Source: Syntrophales bacterium (GTDB lineage: Bacteria > Desulfobacterota > Syntrophia > Syntrophales > UBA4778). Taken from it: 64,000 nt of DNA. The stretch covers positions 67,299 through 131,298 of the forward strand of contig JBHGBI010000002.1 of the NCBI GenBank assembly GCA_041946925.1, read 5' to 3'. The notes under the pieces were generated by a model. That model had not been told where the DNA came from and made no database searches. It saw only the letters and a program-made list of their open reading frames with translations. The position numbers were made by a program, and so were the translations under genes. Positions 37,719 to 45,917 of this stretch are shown piece by piece; position 1 is the first letter of the stretch, and each line of letters starts with the position of its first letter.

Positions 37719-37746
37719 AGTATGTCACTCTTCTGAAAAAAGTCAA
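37719..37746 (-). promoter_or_regulatory. candidate sigma70 promoter (minus strand)
   Basis: Read on the minus strand: TTGACT (37746-37741), a 16-nt spacer, then CATACT (37724-37719). Confidence 0.4.
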
Positions 37747-38045
37747 TCTTTTTTTGAAAAGAAAATAAGCTTGATTTATATCCTAAAATTTATCTTGACA
37801 AAATCCATGGTTAATCTAAATGTATAACAAACGTCATTTCCGTCAGATAATCCTGTTAATCTTTATTCCGGACTGGAAGCATAATTTTACGCGTCATTTC
37901 TAAACTTTTCAAAAACTCATATTAATCAAACACTTACAAACGCCATGGGGCTTTTGTCCTGTGAGCCGCAAGGAGGTGATGAAAGAGCGGGGACAAAGGT
38001 AAGGACTTTGCAGGACATAAATCAGGACAGAAAGGGGGAGACTCT

Positions 38046-39557
38046 ATGGATGGACAGGAAGATAAAAAAGGTCTGACTCGGCGTACTCTGATAAAGGGTG
38101 CAGCGGTCGGAGCAGGCGCCATAGCCCTGACCGGACTTGGTTTAAGAGAAGTCAACGCGGTGCCCCCTCCCAAGAAGTGGGACAGGACGGCGGATGTCGT
38201 GGTCGTGGGATCGGGTTTCGCGGGCCTCGCTGCGGCCATAACGGCCACGGAAGCGGGGGCCAAGGTAATCGTTCTGGAGAAGATGCCCACTTACGGCGGA
38301 AATTCCATCATAAACGGCGGCCAGATGGCTGCCTGGACCTCCAAGATACGCAAGCAGAGGACTGACCTTGAAGCAGACAGCCCTGAGCTGATGTACCAGG
38401 ATATGATGAAAGCCGGTCATAATCTAAACTGGCCCGATCTGGTCAAGACAGTAGTCAACGGAGCTCCCGATGCTTTGGATTGGCTTGTGGATCTGGGCGT
38501 GGACTTTCCGCCGGGATTGATAATCCAGGCGGGCGGCCATTCGCGGGCGCGGACGCACCAAACCAGGAACATAAGCGGGGCGGATATCGTCAATGCTTTG
38601 TACCGCGCCGCCAAGGAGAAACGTATTCCCGTTCTTCTGGAATATCAGGTTACCGGGATCGTGAGAGAAAAACCGCTCTCGGGCAGGGTCTTGGGTCTTC
38701 AGGTCAATGCCAGGGGCAAGACAATGTATTTCAAGGCCTCGAAGGCGACTGTTCTGGCGAGCGGCGGCTTTTCGCGGGACGTGAGCATGAGAACCAAAGA
38801 GGTGCCGTATCTCACAAAAGAATGGCTATCGACCAATCAGCCGGGGGCCACCGGGGAGTCCATCAGGGCCGCAGAAGACATCAGGGCGGCAACGACGCAG
38901 ATGGATCGCATTCAGTTGTATCCTTTTGCGGATCCGAATACGGGCATCCTCGATAAACCGGCGCTTATCCCCTTCACTTCACCGGCATTCGCGATATACG
39001 TATGGAAGGATGGCAAGAGATTCATCAACGAGCTGGCGCCAAGAGAGGCGATTGCCAATCATGAGGCATTTGTGCTGAAGGAAAAACCGACCTGGACCAT
39101 TTTCGACGATACCTCCTGGCGGAATTTCACAAGAAGTGAAGTGCTCACCGATGGGATCGCCAAGAAAAGGATATTCAAGGCGGACACCATTGAAGATCTG
39201 GCCAAGGCCGCCGGTATCGACCCAGCGGGTCTTGCCGAGACAGTCAAGAAGTATAATTCCTTTGTGGACGCGGGCGTCGACAAGGATTTCGGAAAACCGA
39301 GGCTCCGGGCGAAAATCGAAATGAAGCCGTTTTATGCGGTTCCGCAATGGCCGGCGATACACCATACTATGGGCGGGTTACAGATAACCACCAGAGCTCA
39401 ACTGCTGGACAGGGAAGGCCGGGTGATACCCGGGCTGTATGCCGCGGGGGAGGTCTCCGGAGGAGTTCATGGCGGCGACAGATTGGGCAGTTGCGCGATT
39501 ACCGACTGTATAGTGATGGGAAGAATAGCCGGGAAAAACGCCGCATCCGGGACTTGA
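38046..39557 (+). CDS. Tat-exported FAD-dependent flavoprotein of the flavocytochrome c / soluble fumarate reductase family
   Basis: Twin-arginine signal GLTRRTLIKGAAVGAGAIALTGL. FAD motif DVVVVGSGFAGLAAA. C-terminal HHTMGGLQI..GLYAAGEVSGGVHGGDRLGSCA is typical of the family. Confidence 0.85.
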   Translation: MDGQEDKKGLTRRTLIKGAAVGAGAIALTGLGLREVNAVPPPKKWDRTADVVVVGSGFAGLAAAITATEAGAKVIVLEKMPTYGGNSIINGGQMAAWTSKIRKQRTDLEADSPELMYQDMMKAGHNLNWPDLVKTVVNGAPDALDWLVDLGVDFPPGLIIQAGGHSRARTHQTRNISGADIVNALYRAAKEKRIPVLLEYQVTGIVREKPLSGRVLGLQVNARGKTMYFKASKATVLASGGFSRDVSMRTKEVPYLTKEWLSTNQPGATGESIRAAEDIRAATTQMDRIQLYPFADPNTGILDKPALIPFTSPAFAIYVWKDGKRFINELAPREAIANHEAFVLKEKPTWTIFDDTSWRNFTRSEVLTDGIAKKRIFKADTIEDLAKAAGIDPAGLAETVKKYNSFVDAGVDKDFGKPRLRAKIEMKPFYAVPQWPAIHHTMGGLQITTRAQLLDREGRVIPGLYAAGEVSGGVHGGDRLGSCAITDCIVMGRIAGKNAASGT

Positions 39558-39581
39558 AATTCACGGGAAATCACTCCGTCG

Positions 39582-39608
39582 AAGGGCGGCCGCAAGGCCG
39601 CCCTTTTC
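39582..39608 (+). terminator. GC-rich hairpin terminator between the convergent flavoprotein and cytochrome genes
   Basis: AAGGGCGGCC-GCAA-GGCCGCCCTT forms a 10-bp stem and is followed by TTC. It could serve both convergent genes. Confidence 0.65.
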
Positions 39609-39625
39609 AGTATCGATGATCCCTC

Positions 39626-40336
39626 TCAGCCCCCCGGTATTTTCATCTCGAAAGTCTTGTGGCATTCGAGGCAATAAGTCTTGGATACGCTATGGGCGTG
39701 GTGGCATACAGTGCAGGCGACGTCTCCGAGATGTGATTTATGGGGATTGCGGTCGGGAAAATCTTTCGGGGCTGTTTTGGCCTCCAGTTTGTCCAGCGGA
39801 CCGTGGCAGGCGAGGCACCGGTCGTTATTCACGGTGTCGCCTTCCCTTGGAAGTGACTTGCCGTGGCATCCCATGCAATCGACATTCTTCTTTGCGTGGA
39901 TTGAATCCAGGTACGGCGATTCCGCCCAGGAAAGGAACACCTTTTCCATGAGCTGCATATCCTCCTTCGAGGGCGCTCCCATGGAGGTTTTCTGATTATA
40001 GACTGTAAAGCTCTTTCCCGGGGTCCAGTTGTGGCAGACCAGACAATCCAGCTTTGTCTGGGGTTTTTCATGGGCGCGGTGCAGTCCTGCCGAATAGGCA
40101 TTTGCTTCCGCTTTGCCCGAGAATTCCGGTGCGTGGCAGGGAGCGCATATGGAAATATCATCCCCGCTCACAGACTGATGTCCCTTGGGGAGGACTTTAT
40201 TCAGGTCGGCGTGGCAGGCTTTGCAAGAATGTGAGGTCTTCGCTGGTTTTGCCGCATCCACGGCCTTTTCGCCGGTCGCGTAAAGGAGGACGAAAAAGGC
40301 AAACAGCGCCGACAAGAACAGCACAATTCTCTCCAT
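39626..40336 (-). CDS. membrane-anchored or secreted heptaheme c-type cytochrome
   Basis: Seven CXXCH motifs (CKACH, CAPCH, CLVCH, CMGCH, CLACH, CTVCH, CLECH). N-terminal hydrophobic helix ERIVLFLSALFAFFVLLYA. ATG 40336 is preferred to 40369. Confidence 0.88.
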   Translation of the reverse strand: MERIVLFLSALFAFFVLLYATGEKAVDAAKPAKTSHSCKACHADLNKVLPKGHQSVSGDDISICAPCHAPEFSGKAEANAYSAGLHRAHEKPQTKLDCLVCHNWTPGKSFTVYNQKTSMGAPSKEDMQLMEKVFLSWAESPYLDSIHAKKNVDCMGCHGKSLPREGDTVNNDRCLACHGPLDKLEAKTAPKDFPDRNPHKSHLGDVACTVCHHAHSVSKTYCLECHKTFEMKIPGG

Positions 40337-40420
40337 GGCTTTTCTCCGCGAATGTTTATAGTTATCCATGGGCTTAAGGTTCCTCCTTCTTTTTCAGGAT
40401 CGCGAAGCGTTTTTTTATTT

Positions 40421-40443
40421 CCCTCGACAAGCTCAGGATGACG
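40421..40443 (+). repeat. family-b repeat core
   Basis: CCCTCGACAAGCTCAGGATGACG, with near-identical copies at 57272-57294 and 32867-32889. Confidence 0.7.
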
Positions 40444-40615
40444 TCTTCTTTTATCCTTTGCCTCTGGCCTTATTTATACTAATCTTGGAGTTTTCAGAAT
40501 TTCAAGATTTATTTTCATGCACGGCGGATAAATTCCCTCGATATTTTCTCCAAGTCCGTTGACTCATCCGGCAGGATTTGTTAAACAGGGCGAAAAGGAT
40601 GCTGGAGGAAATGAC

Positions 40616-41407
40616 ATGGACCTGAAATTGAAGAATAAAGTTGCGCTGGTGGCCGGCGGCAGTATGGGGCTGGGAAGGGCCGTTGCGCTGGAATTGTCGA
40701 GAGAAGGGGCAAAAGTCGCTATCTGCGCCCTGGATGACCCCAGTCTCCCGGAAGCGGCGGAAATGATCAGGAAAGAGACAAGCGGTCAAGTATTTTCGAT
40801 CGCGGCGGATGTGACCGATCTTGAGCAGGCCAGGAACTTCGTCCGCAGCTCAATAGACCACTTCGGAACAGTGGATATACTGGTCAATAACGCCGGAGGG
40901 CCGCCCTCGGTCAGTTTTCTCGAAATCGGCGACGATCTCTGGTATTACGGGGTCAGGCTCAACCTGATGAGCACGATTGCAATGACCCGCGAAGTGGTGC
41001 CTGTCATGAAGGAAAAGAGATGGGGCCGCATCATTAATATGACTTCCATCGCGGTCAAGCAACCCATAGACGGGCTGATCCTGTCCAATACGGTCCGCTC
41101 CGGCGTGATCGGTTTCGCCAAGTCCCTGTCCAACGAACTCGCTCCATACAACATCACCATAAACAGTGTATGCCCCGGATACACTCTGACGGACCGCGTC
41201 AGGAATCTCGCAAAGACGATCGCCGGGAAAGAAAAGACGACCCCGGAGGAAGTCATCAAAAAATGGGAATCTGAAATACCCATGAAGAGACTTGGCACTC
41301 CGGAGGAATTCGCAAGCCTTGTGACTTACCTTGCTTCCGAACAGGCCGGCTATATAACAGGGGCGGCTATTCAGATCGACGGCGGATGGTACAAAGGGGT
41401 GATGTAA
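40616..41407 (+). CDS. short-chain dehydrogenase/reductase (FabG-like)
   Basis: KVALVAGGSMGLGRAVA (TGxxxGxG-like), NNAG, and catalytic S..Y..K spacing. GGAGG lies upstream of ATG 40616. Confidence 0.88.
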   Translation: MDLKLKNKVALVAGGSMGLGRAVALELSREGAKVAICALDDPSLPEAAEMIRKETSGQVFSIAADVTDLEQARNFVRSSIDHFGTVDILVNNAGGPPSVSFLEIGDDLWYYGVRLNLMSTIAMTREVVPVMKEKRWGRIINMTSIAVKQPIDGLILSNTVRSGVIGFAKSLSNELAPYNITINSVCPGYTLTDRVRNLAKTIAGKEKTTPEEVIKKWESEIPMKRLGTPEEFASLVTYLASEQAGYITGAAIQIDGGWYKGVM

Positions 41408-41508
41408 ATTAAAGGCTCAAGGCTAAGGGCAGAAGGCCCAGGTGGAGGTAAAAGGGGGCTGTCGGGGTTTCCGCTGTCCTCGAGGGGGACGCTAATTCTG
41501 ATCTGATT

Positions 41509-43458
41509 TCAATTTCCATCCCGCTGCCTTCTGCTCTCTGCGGTTTTTTTCTGTAGCATCGCCGTCCTCAAGTTGTCCCGGGCCTGCTCCATCCCGGGAT
41601 TTATCCACAGGGCTTCCCTGAAATGAGCTATGGCCTCATCTATTTTTCCCAGCCTGGCCAGAACGATCCCCATATTATTGTGAGCCATTGCGTTACGCGG
41701 GTTAATTCTCAGGCATTCGCCGAAATACTTGAGGGATTCTTCCAGGCGGCCGTTCTGAGCCATTGCGCTCGCTACTACATAATGTATTTCCGGGTCCGAG
41801 GGATTGATAGAAATAGATTTCTGGAGATACTTTAATCCCTCTTCAGACATGCCTTTTGAAAGCAGGGCTATCCCCATATTATTGTAACCTTCGGACAGGT
41901 CCGGCTTCAAGCGTATTGCCTCCCCGAAATGGCGTATCGCTTCGTCTGTCTTTCCCTGGCGGCGCAGGACGATGCCTAAATTGTTGTGCGCCTGATAGGA
42001 ATCGGGCTTGATGAAGAGTGCCTCCGTGAAATGATGTCGGGCCTCCTCGAACCTGTTCTGCTGACTCAGCGCATAAGCCAGCCGGAAATGCGCCACATAG
42101 TTTCCTGTTGTAGATTTCAGGGCGCGCTGAAAAAGGGTTATATCGTCAGTCCAATATTTTGCTTGTGTCCATGACGCAAATGCGGACGCGCAAAGCACAA
42201 TCCCTGCCAGGACGGCGATCGCCGTGTTGCTGATGTTCCATCTTTTCAACAGCTCCGGCGTGCCCCACGCCAGCATGATGAATAGGCCGATAAACGGAAT
42301 ATATGTATACCGGTCCGCTATCGCCTGGGCCCCCACCTGCACAATCCCGATGACCGGCACCAGCGTTCCGAGGTACCACAGCCATCCGGCGGCCAGGAAC
42401 GGTGCGCGCCGCATGGTCCCGACCGCGAACAGGGTTATCAGCACAATCATGAGCAGAGCCCCGGCAACCTGCCATGCAGGCAGGACGATCTCGTGCGGAT
42501 AAAATACGGATGGATTGACCGGCCAGAAAAGTTTCACGATGTACTTGGCGTAGGATACAACGGCGTTTCCTATCCGGCTGGTGAACGGAATCAATTCCAG
42601 CGTGGCTACTGCCCCCCCCTTTTGCTGGGCGAGATAAGTGATTACGCTCGATGCTGCTGAAAAAAGAAAAAAGGGCGTTTTTTCTTTTACCAGGGGCAAC
42701 AGAAGAGACCACTGAATGGAAGTTTCCGCAGGTTTGGGCGTTCGGGTCCCGGTTTCGGATCTTTTCTTCATTTTACGCGTTTTCCGTCCGATGCCTGCAG
42801 CCGGGGCTCCCTTGGGTTCCTCTTTGCCGCGGAGGCGTCCCAGCGGCCAGAAATCGAGGAGCAGGAGTACAAAGGGGAGCGTAACCAGCATCGGCTTGGC
42901 CATGAGACCCAGAGCAAAAAAGAGGAGAGTGACCAGATACCGCTTAAGTCCTGGATGTTCCGCATAAAGAGCGTAAGCTCCCATGGTGAGCATCCAGAAA
43001 AAGGAACTCAGTACATCCTTTCGTTCCGATATCCAGGCTACTGATTCGACATGGAGCGGATGCAGCGCAAAAAGGACCGCCACGAAGGCGCTCCGCCAGA
43101 GCGCATTGGTCATCCGCATTAAAATCAGGAAGAGGAGAATAGAATTCGCTATATGAAACAGGAGATTAATAATGTGGTGGCCCCCCGGGCTCAGCCCGAA
43201 TAACTGGACATCGAGCATATGGGAGATCCATGTGAGCGGATGCCAGTTGCTGGCATGGAAACTGGTGAAAGCCCATAGCGCGGAGGCGGCGGTAAGTCCG
43301 CTGCGAACCGGGGGATTATCCAGGATGTAATCCGGGTCGTCGTAATTGATGAAACCGAAATCTTTTACCTGCCAGAAGACAATGAGGGCGGCGACGGCGA
43401 GAAGAAGAGATATCAGCACCACACGCCTCGTATCCTGATTCATGTGTATTTCTTTCAT
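41509..43458 (-). CDS. polytopic membrane protein fused to C-terminal TPR repeats (GT39/PMT_2-TMTC-like)
   Basis: N-terminal FINYDDPDYILDNPPVRSGL plus about 10 TM helices, then about 6 TPR units (AHNNLGIVLRRQGKTDEAIRHFGEAIRLKPD and similar). Confidence 0.75.
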   Translation of the reverse strand: MKEIHMNQDTRRVVLISLLLAVAALIVFWQVKDFGFINYDDPDYILDNPPVRSGLTAASALWAFTSFHASNWHPLTWISHMLDVQLFGLSPGGHHIINLLFHIANSILLFLILMRMTNALWRSAFVAVLFALHPLHVESVAWISERKDVLSSFFWMLTMGAYALYAEHPGLKRYLVTLLFFALGLMAKPMLVTLPFVLLLLDFWPLGRLRGKEEPKGAPAAGIGRKTRKMKKRSETGTRTPKPAETSIQWSLLLPLVKEKTPFFLFSAASSVITYLAQQKGGAVATLELIPFTSRIGNAVVSYAKYIVKLFWPVNPSVFYPHEIVLPAWQVAGALLMIVLITLFAVGTMRRAPFLAAGWLWYLGTLVPVIGIVQVGAQAIADRYTYIPFIGLFIMLAWGTPELLKRWNISNTAIAVLAGIVLCASAFASWTQAKYWTDDITLFQRALKSTTGNYVAHFRLAYALSQQNRFEEARHHFTEALFIKPDSYQAHNNLGIVLRRQGKTDEAIRHFGEAIRLKPDLSEGYNNMGIALLSKGMSEEGLKYLQKSISINPSDPEIHYVVASAMAQNGRLEESLKYFGECLRINPRNAMAHNNMGIVLARLGKIDEAIAHFREALWINPGMEQARDNLRTAMLQKKTAESRRQRDGN

Positions 43459-43604
43459 TTTGTTTCGGTGCTTTCCTCAATAAACTATGCTGGACATCCG
43501 GCGAAAGCCGGCATGACGGGCAAGTAGCACGCTAAGATGATGCTATATATCAAAGAACCGCTGACTAAATAAAGAGTAAATCCGGGGAGAGGCGAAGGGG
43601 AAAA

Positions 43605-43735
43605 TAAAACCCCCCTTTCATAAAGGGGGGGCAGGGGGGGTTTAAGGATGATATCAAATCTCCCCCGGCCCCTCTTTTCTAAAGAGGGGAGTGGAGTAAA
43701 AATATCCTCCTTTTGATAAAGGGGTAAAAACAGAA
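43605..43735 (+). repeat. family-a multi-hairpin repeat (units U1-U2-U3)
   Basis: CCCCCCTTTCATAAAGGGGGG..GGTTTAAGG, then ATCAAATCTCCCCCGGCCCCTCTTTTCTAAAGAGGGGAGTGGAG, then CCTCCTTTTGATAAAGGGGTAAAAAC. The listed ORF 43485..43778 is a spurious read-through of this repeat. Confidence 0.85.
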
Positions 43736-43806
43736 TCCATCTTGACCGATACGTTAGGCAGTGATAGAAAATAAACATCAGTCTATCTGACCGAGGAGTT
43801 TAACAT

Positions 43807-44028
43807 ATGCCTTTGTACGATTACGAGTGCGTGAATTGCAACCATGTATTCGAAGTCTTCCACAAAATCGGGGAAGAACCCGAGGACATAGCTTGTCCGA
43901 AATGCAACACAAAAAAGCCCAGGAAGACAATATCGCAGTTCAAAACGGATGCATGGTCGAAGTTCCTTGACAGCATGGAAAAAAGGGTGAATCCCCATAA
44001 ATTCAAACACAATCTGAAAGAAGTATGA
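43807..44028 (+). CDS. FmdB family zinc-ribbon protein
   Basis: MPLYDYECVNCNHVFEV..IACPKCNT is the CxxC..CxxC putative regulatory zinc-ribbon signature. Confidence 0.85.
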   Translation: MPLYDYECVNCNHVFEVFHKIGEEPEDIACPKCNTKKPRKTISQFKTDAWSKFLDSMEKRVNPHKFKHNLKEV

Positions 44029-44125
44029 ATCTGTCGGCAAAAGGCAGAGGCTAAAGGCGAAAGGTTTTCAGGAAATTTACCTTGCGCTGTTCGCCTTTAT
44101 CCCAAAATTCAAAGGAGTTCACGGT

Positions 44126-45808
44126 ATTAAAAAGATATACGGCAACCTGTCCGGCCTCAAGGCAGGACAAATCCAGAGAATCGAGCAACTCTACAGAAAA
44201 AGGATCCCGCCCGACAGAGTACTGACCCATGAGCTGGCAAGAAGCCTGACGGAAATTTCCAGCGAGATAAACCGGCAAATCGGCATCCTGGTCAACCGAA
44301 AGGGAGAAACCGATTACGTTATGGTCGGCGATCACCGGCAGATTGTCATACCCGATTTGGACCGGTTCCGGTCGTCTTCCGCCCGGCTGAAGGGCCTGCG
44401 CCTGATTCACACTCATCTGAATAAAGAACCCCTGAGCCGAGATGATCTTACCGACCTCGCCCTACTGCGGCTTGACTTGGCGAGCGCCGTGGAAGTTGAA
44501 GGGGACGGCCTGCCGGGAAAAGTATATACGGCCCACCTGATACCTGAAAACCCGGAAGGCAGATTCTGGACTATTCTCGAACCGCAGATCCCTTCTCAAC
44601 TCGGCATCCATTTCCTCGCCTTTATCCAGGCCCTGGAAGAGGAGTTTGTCAGGACCCAGAGAGTCCGAAAAGTGGACTCGCGCGAGAGGGCCATTCTTGT
44701 CAGAGTGGAAACCGCGGCGACCGACAGAGAATACGCCCTGGACGAACTGAAGGAGCTTGCGGAATCGTCCGGCGTGCAGGTTTTCGACACAGTAGTCCAG
44801 CACAGGCCGCAGTTCGATCCCAAATTTCTGCTCGGAAAAGGAAAACTCTCCGATCTGGTCATCCGGGCCCTGCAGATAGGAGCAAATCTCCTTATTTTCG
44901 ACCATGAACTATCCCCGGCGCAGGTGCGCTCCATAACGGATTTCACGGAATTGAAGGTAATCGACAGGACGCAGTTGATCCTGGACATATTCGCCCGGAG
45001 GGCTCACAGCAGGGAAGGGAAAATACAGGTCGAGCTTGCCCAGTTGAAGTACCTTTTGCCCAGGTTGGCGACGAAGAACACGGCGATGTCCAGGCTGACC
45101 GGAGGGATCGGGGGGACAGGCCCCGGAGAGACGAAACTCGAGATCAACCGGCGAAGGGTCAGGGACCGGATCCGCCGCCTGGAGCAGGATCTCGCGGATA
45201 TCCAGAAGGCGAGAAGCCAGCGCCGCGTCAAGAGGGAAAAGACGGGACTTCCCGTCATATCCATTGTCGGCTACACCAATGCCGGAAAATCCACTCTCCT
45301 GAATACACTGACGAACAGCCGCGTTTTCACGGAAGACCGGCTCTTCGCGACACTGGATCCGAAAAGCTCACGGCTTCGCTTCCCGAAAGACCGGGAGGCG
45401 GTCATAACCGACACGGTGGGTTTTATAAGAGACCTGCCGAAGGAACTTTTCTCGGCTTTCCGGGCGACCCTGGAAGAACTGCGCGAAGCCGATATCCTTC
45501 TGCACGTCATCGATATCAGCAACCCCGATTTCGAAAACCATATCAGATCCGTCGAGAAGATACTGGAGGAACTGGATATCATCGACAAGCCCGCCATCAG
45601 GGTTTTCAACAAGGAAGACCTCTTTCCCGACAAGAGGCTCCTCGAGATCCTGTGCGGCCGTTTTCAGGCAATCTCCATTTCCGCCCTGGACAGCGGGACC
45701 CTTCATCCGCTCCTGGAAAGGATCGAGACCCTGATCAGCACAAATCCAATCCCGAGTAGAGCCGCTGCGAGCTCCTCGCGGGGACCTTTCGCCCTTCAAG
45801 ACCTTTGA
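44126..45808 (+). CDS. hflX: GTPase HflX, long form, probably initiating at ATT
   Basis: The G domain is clear (GYTNAGKSTLLN, DTVGF, NKED), as is the HflX N-domain (LSPAQVRSITDFTELKVIDRTQLILDIFARRA). The frame is open back to 44018 with no ATG, GTG or TTG before 44321. AGGAG (44113-44117) lies 8 nt before ATT 44126, giving (M)KKIYGNLSGLKAGQIQ. Confidence 0.8.
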   Translation: MKKIYGNLSGLKAGQIQRIEQLYRKRIPPDRVLTHELARSLTEISSEINRQIGILVNRKGETDYVMVGDHRQIVIPDLDRFRSSSARLKGLRLIHTHLNKEPLSRDDLTDLALLRLDLASAVEVEGDGLPGKVYTAHLIPENPEGRFWTILEPQIPSQLGIHFLAFIQALEEEFVRTQRVRKVDSRERAILVRVETAATDREYALDELKELAESSGVQVFDTVVQHRPQFDPKFLLGKGKLSDLVIRALQIGANLLIFDHELSPAQVRSITDFTELKVIDRTQLILDIFARRAHSREGKIQVELAQLKYLLPRLATKNTAMSRLTGGIGGTGPGETKLEINRRRVRDRIRRLEQDLADIQKARSQRRVKREKTGLPVISIVGYTNAGKSTLLNTLTNSRVFTEDRLFATLDPKSSRLRFPKDREAVITDTVGFIRDLPKELFSAFRATLEELREADILLHVIDISNPDFENHIRSVEKILEELDIIDKPAIRVFNKEDLFPDKRLLEILCGRFQAISISALDSGTLHPLLERIETLISTNPIPSRAAASSSRGPFALQDL

Positions 45809-45868
45809 ATCATGACTGCCACGCCACATCCGGATTCTGGCTTTCACCCGTCTCCTTAGCCTTGTATA

Positions 45869-45901
45869 TAAAAAAACCCCGGGAGTTTCCCCCCGGGGTT
45901 T
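45869..45901 (-). terminator. rho-independent terminator of the porin gene (may also stop hflX)
   Basis: CCCCGGG (45877-45883) pairs with CCCGGGG (45892-45898). On the minus strand the hairpin is followed by T8 (plus-strand A-run 45869-45876). Confidence 0.8.
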
Positions 45902-45917
45902 AAATCGACTCTGACCG

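Noticed and set aside
37603-37827. Listed 74-aa plus-strand ORF in the oxidoreductase/flavoprotein divergent gap.
   Set aside because: It has a GTG start without an RBS, an AT-rich low-complexity sequence (IIIIVSNF.., LIYILKFIL), and runs antisense to the better-supported promoter, small ORF and terminator arrangement on the minus strand.
43485-43778. ORFs reading through the repeat arrays (43485..43778, 53821..54372, 56087..56350, 61530..61922 and 61676..61987) that give PPLYKRG / KSPPAPSFLKRGE-like peptides.
   Set aside because: The same low-complexity peptides arise wherever the palindromic repeats occur, in either orientation. There are no RBSs, and the ORF boundaries simply follow the repeat boundaries.
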